Origin: Octopus bimaculoides
Lineage: Eukaryota
DNA: 64,000 nucleotides
NCBI RefSeq assembly: GCF_001194135.2
Contig: NC_068987.1
Span: forward strand, 81,718,751-81,782,750
Direction: 5' to 3'
Below the pieces are notes generated by a model. It was not told the origin of the DNA. It searched no databases and saw nothing but the letters and a program-made list of their open reading frames with translations. This document shows positions 62,120 through 64,000 of this stretch, in pieces (the stretch's first letter is position 1; every line of letters starts with the position of its first letter). Both the position numbers and the translations under genes were made by a program.

Positions 62120-62515
62120 TAACCCGCCTCTCCCAGTTGAGGGGGTTTTGTCTTGCAAGGTACTAGGTGGTCCTGTTCGTGATGTACCATATAAAAAGCA
62201 CAGGGGTTAGTGCCACATAAAAAGCACTGGCGCCATGTTAAAAGCACTGGTGCTCGTGCCATGTAAAAGGCATTGGTGCTGGTGCCATGTAAAAGGCACG
62301 GTTGTTGGTGCCACATAAAAATCCCCAGGACACTCTGTAAAGGGGTTGGTGTAAGGGAGGGCATCCAACAGTAGAAACCAAGCCAAAGCAGACTACAGAA
62401 CCTTCTGTGGCTCCTGGCCTAGCCAGCTCCTGTCAAGCCATCTAACTCATGCCAGCATGGAAAACAGATGTTAAATTATCGCAATGAGGATGATGATGAT
62501 GATGATGATGATGAT
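62120..62515 (+). mobile_element. RTE-tailed SINE with internal ~20-26-bp tandem array
   Basis: Five to six GTGCCA(C/T)(A/G)TAAAAAGCACTG-like units at 62210-62325; (GAT)n tail. Confidence 0.8.
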
Positions 62516-62559
62516 GCATGTGTGTGTGTGTGTGTTTGTCAGAGTGTAAGCAGCCTGAG

Positions 62560-63068
62560 AGAAAAGTCAGGCGTAATGTGGTGTGCAAGAGAGATGAATG
62601 TGCTGGTATGGTCATGTGATGTGTATGGATGAGGACAGTTGTGTCAAGAAGTACCGATCTCTAATTATGGAGGGAACCTGTGGTAGAGGTAGACCCAGGA
62701 AAACATGGGATGAGGTAGTGAAGCATGATCTCCAAACTTTGGGTCTCACAGAGGCAATGACTAGTGACTGAGACCTCTGGTGATATACTGCATGTGAGAA
62801 GAACCAACAAGCCAAGTGAAATCACAGTTGTGGCTGATTCTGGTATCATGTAAGCAGCACCCATGCAGGTGGCACATAAAAAGCACCTTTCAAGGGTTGA
62901 GCCTCATGGAGATAAAGTGGTTGAGCTCCTTTCAAATGTTGGGCCTCACAGAGGCAATGACTGAGACTTTTGGCATTATGTGGTGCTTTGGAAGAAGACC
63001 CATCAAGCCAAGTAAAATCACAATCGTGGAAGATACCAGTGTCACGCAAATTGCACCCATGCCAAAGA
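62560..63068 (+). mobile_element. RTE-clade LINE ORF C-terminus plus start of 3' UTR
   Basis: WYGHVMCMDEDSCVKKYRSLIMEGTCGRGRPRKTWDEVVKHDLQTLGLTEAMTSD. Confidence 0.9.
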
Positions 63069-63654
63069 CACACATACATGGATATTATATCTGATGGGAT
63101 TCTTTCAGTTTCTGTCTACTAAATCCACTCGCAAGGACTTGGTCTACTCTAGGCTATAGTAGAAGACACTTGCCCAAGAGGCTACGCAGTAGGAGTGAAC
63201 CCCGAAGTATGTGGTTGGTTAGCAAACTCGTTGCCATACAACTATGCCTGTTGTTTCTTTATGCTTAGAATAAGTGTGTGGTGTTTTGCTTCAGTGAAAT
63301 ATAGGTTTATATCCAGGAAAGAAATATGTAGAAAATTATGTAGAAAAATTTCTAAATAAAAGAAGCATTTAATAGAACAAAATATTTATTAGTTTCCCCT
63401 TTTTATTTCTATATACAACAATCTCCAAACAGGAAATTTTGATAATCAAACAATGTCTGTGTAAGCAAGATTTTTCAAGAGTTTAACATTTTCGTAATTG
63501 GAATGCTTGTGATATCCCTTTTGATGAAGAAGATTGACTTTGATCAGAAGAAAACTATGTGCTGAAAGAGAGAAAATGGGAGAATGAAAGAAGGAAGGGA
63601 AGAAGAGAGAGATAAAGAAAGAGAGCGATAAAGAAGGGAGAGATAAAGAAAGGG

Positions 63655-63912
<258 letters not shown>

Positions 63913-64000
63913 AGGTTTCTTTATTAGCCACACAGGGCTCAACACAGAGGGGACAAAATACAAATGTAGAGTTTTTTCTTTTCGAGGGGTGGCGAAAACA

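Overview
AT-rich eukaryotic, repeat-saturated window. I could not recognise any host protein-coding gene, RNA gene or CRISPR array. The mix of tRNA-headed SINEs, (GAT)n-tailed RTE-type elements and dense microsatellites points to a cephalopod, probably octopus (inference). Eight N-gaps total about 3.7 kb, mostly at microsatellites. Supported content is almost entirely decayed mobile DNA. DNA transposons: a full-length Tc1 (DD34E, ~150-bp TIRs) whose transposase is split by an apparent 117-bp spliceosomal intron; two inverted fragments of a second Tc1 family; a full-length mariner; hAT, pogo-type, piggyBac-type and mariner-type MITEs with TSDs; a Chapaev-like remnant. Retroelements: a Gypsy element with short LTRs, and Penelope, Hero-like, R4/Dong-like, CR1 and RTE LINE fragments, plus at least four SINE families. 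Most interesting: the intron-bearing Tc1; a 12-bp/72-bp higher-order minisatellite reading as a Ser/Asn/Gly/Asp-rich frame and split by a hAT insertion; an inverted Tc1 pair with a sharp identity step; a gap-free 159-bp inverted repeat pair; and a foldback hairpin. Family names come from motif recognition by eye, not database searches. Boundaries without TSD/TIR evidence are approximate (tens of bp).
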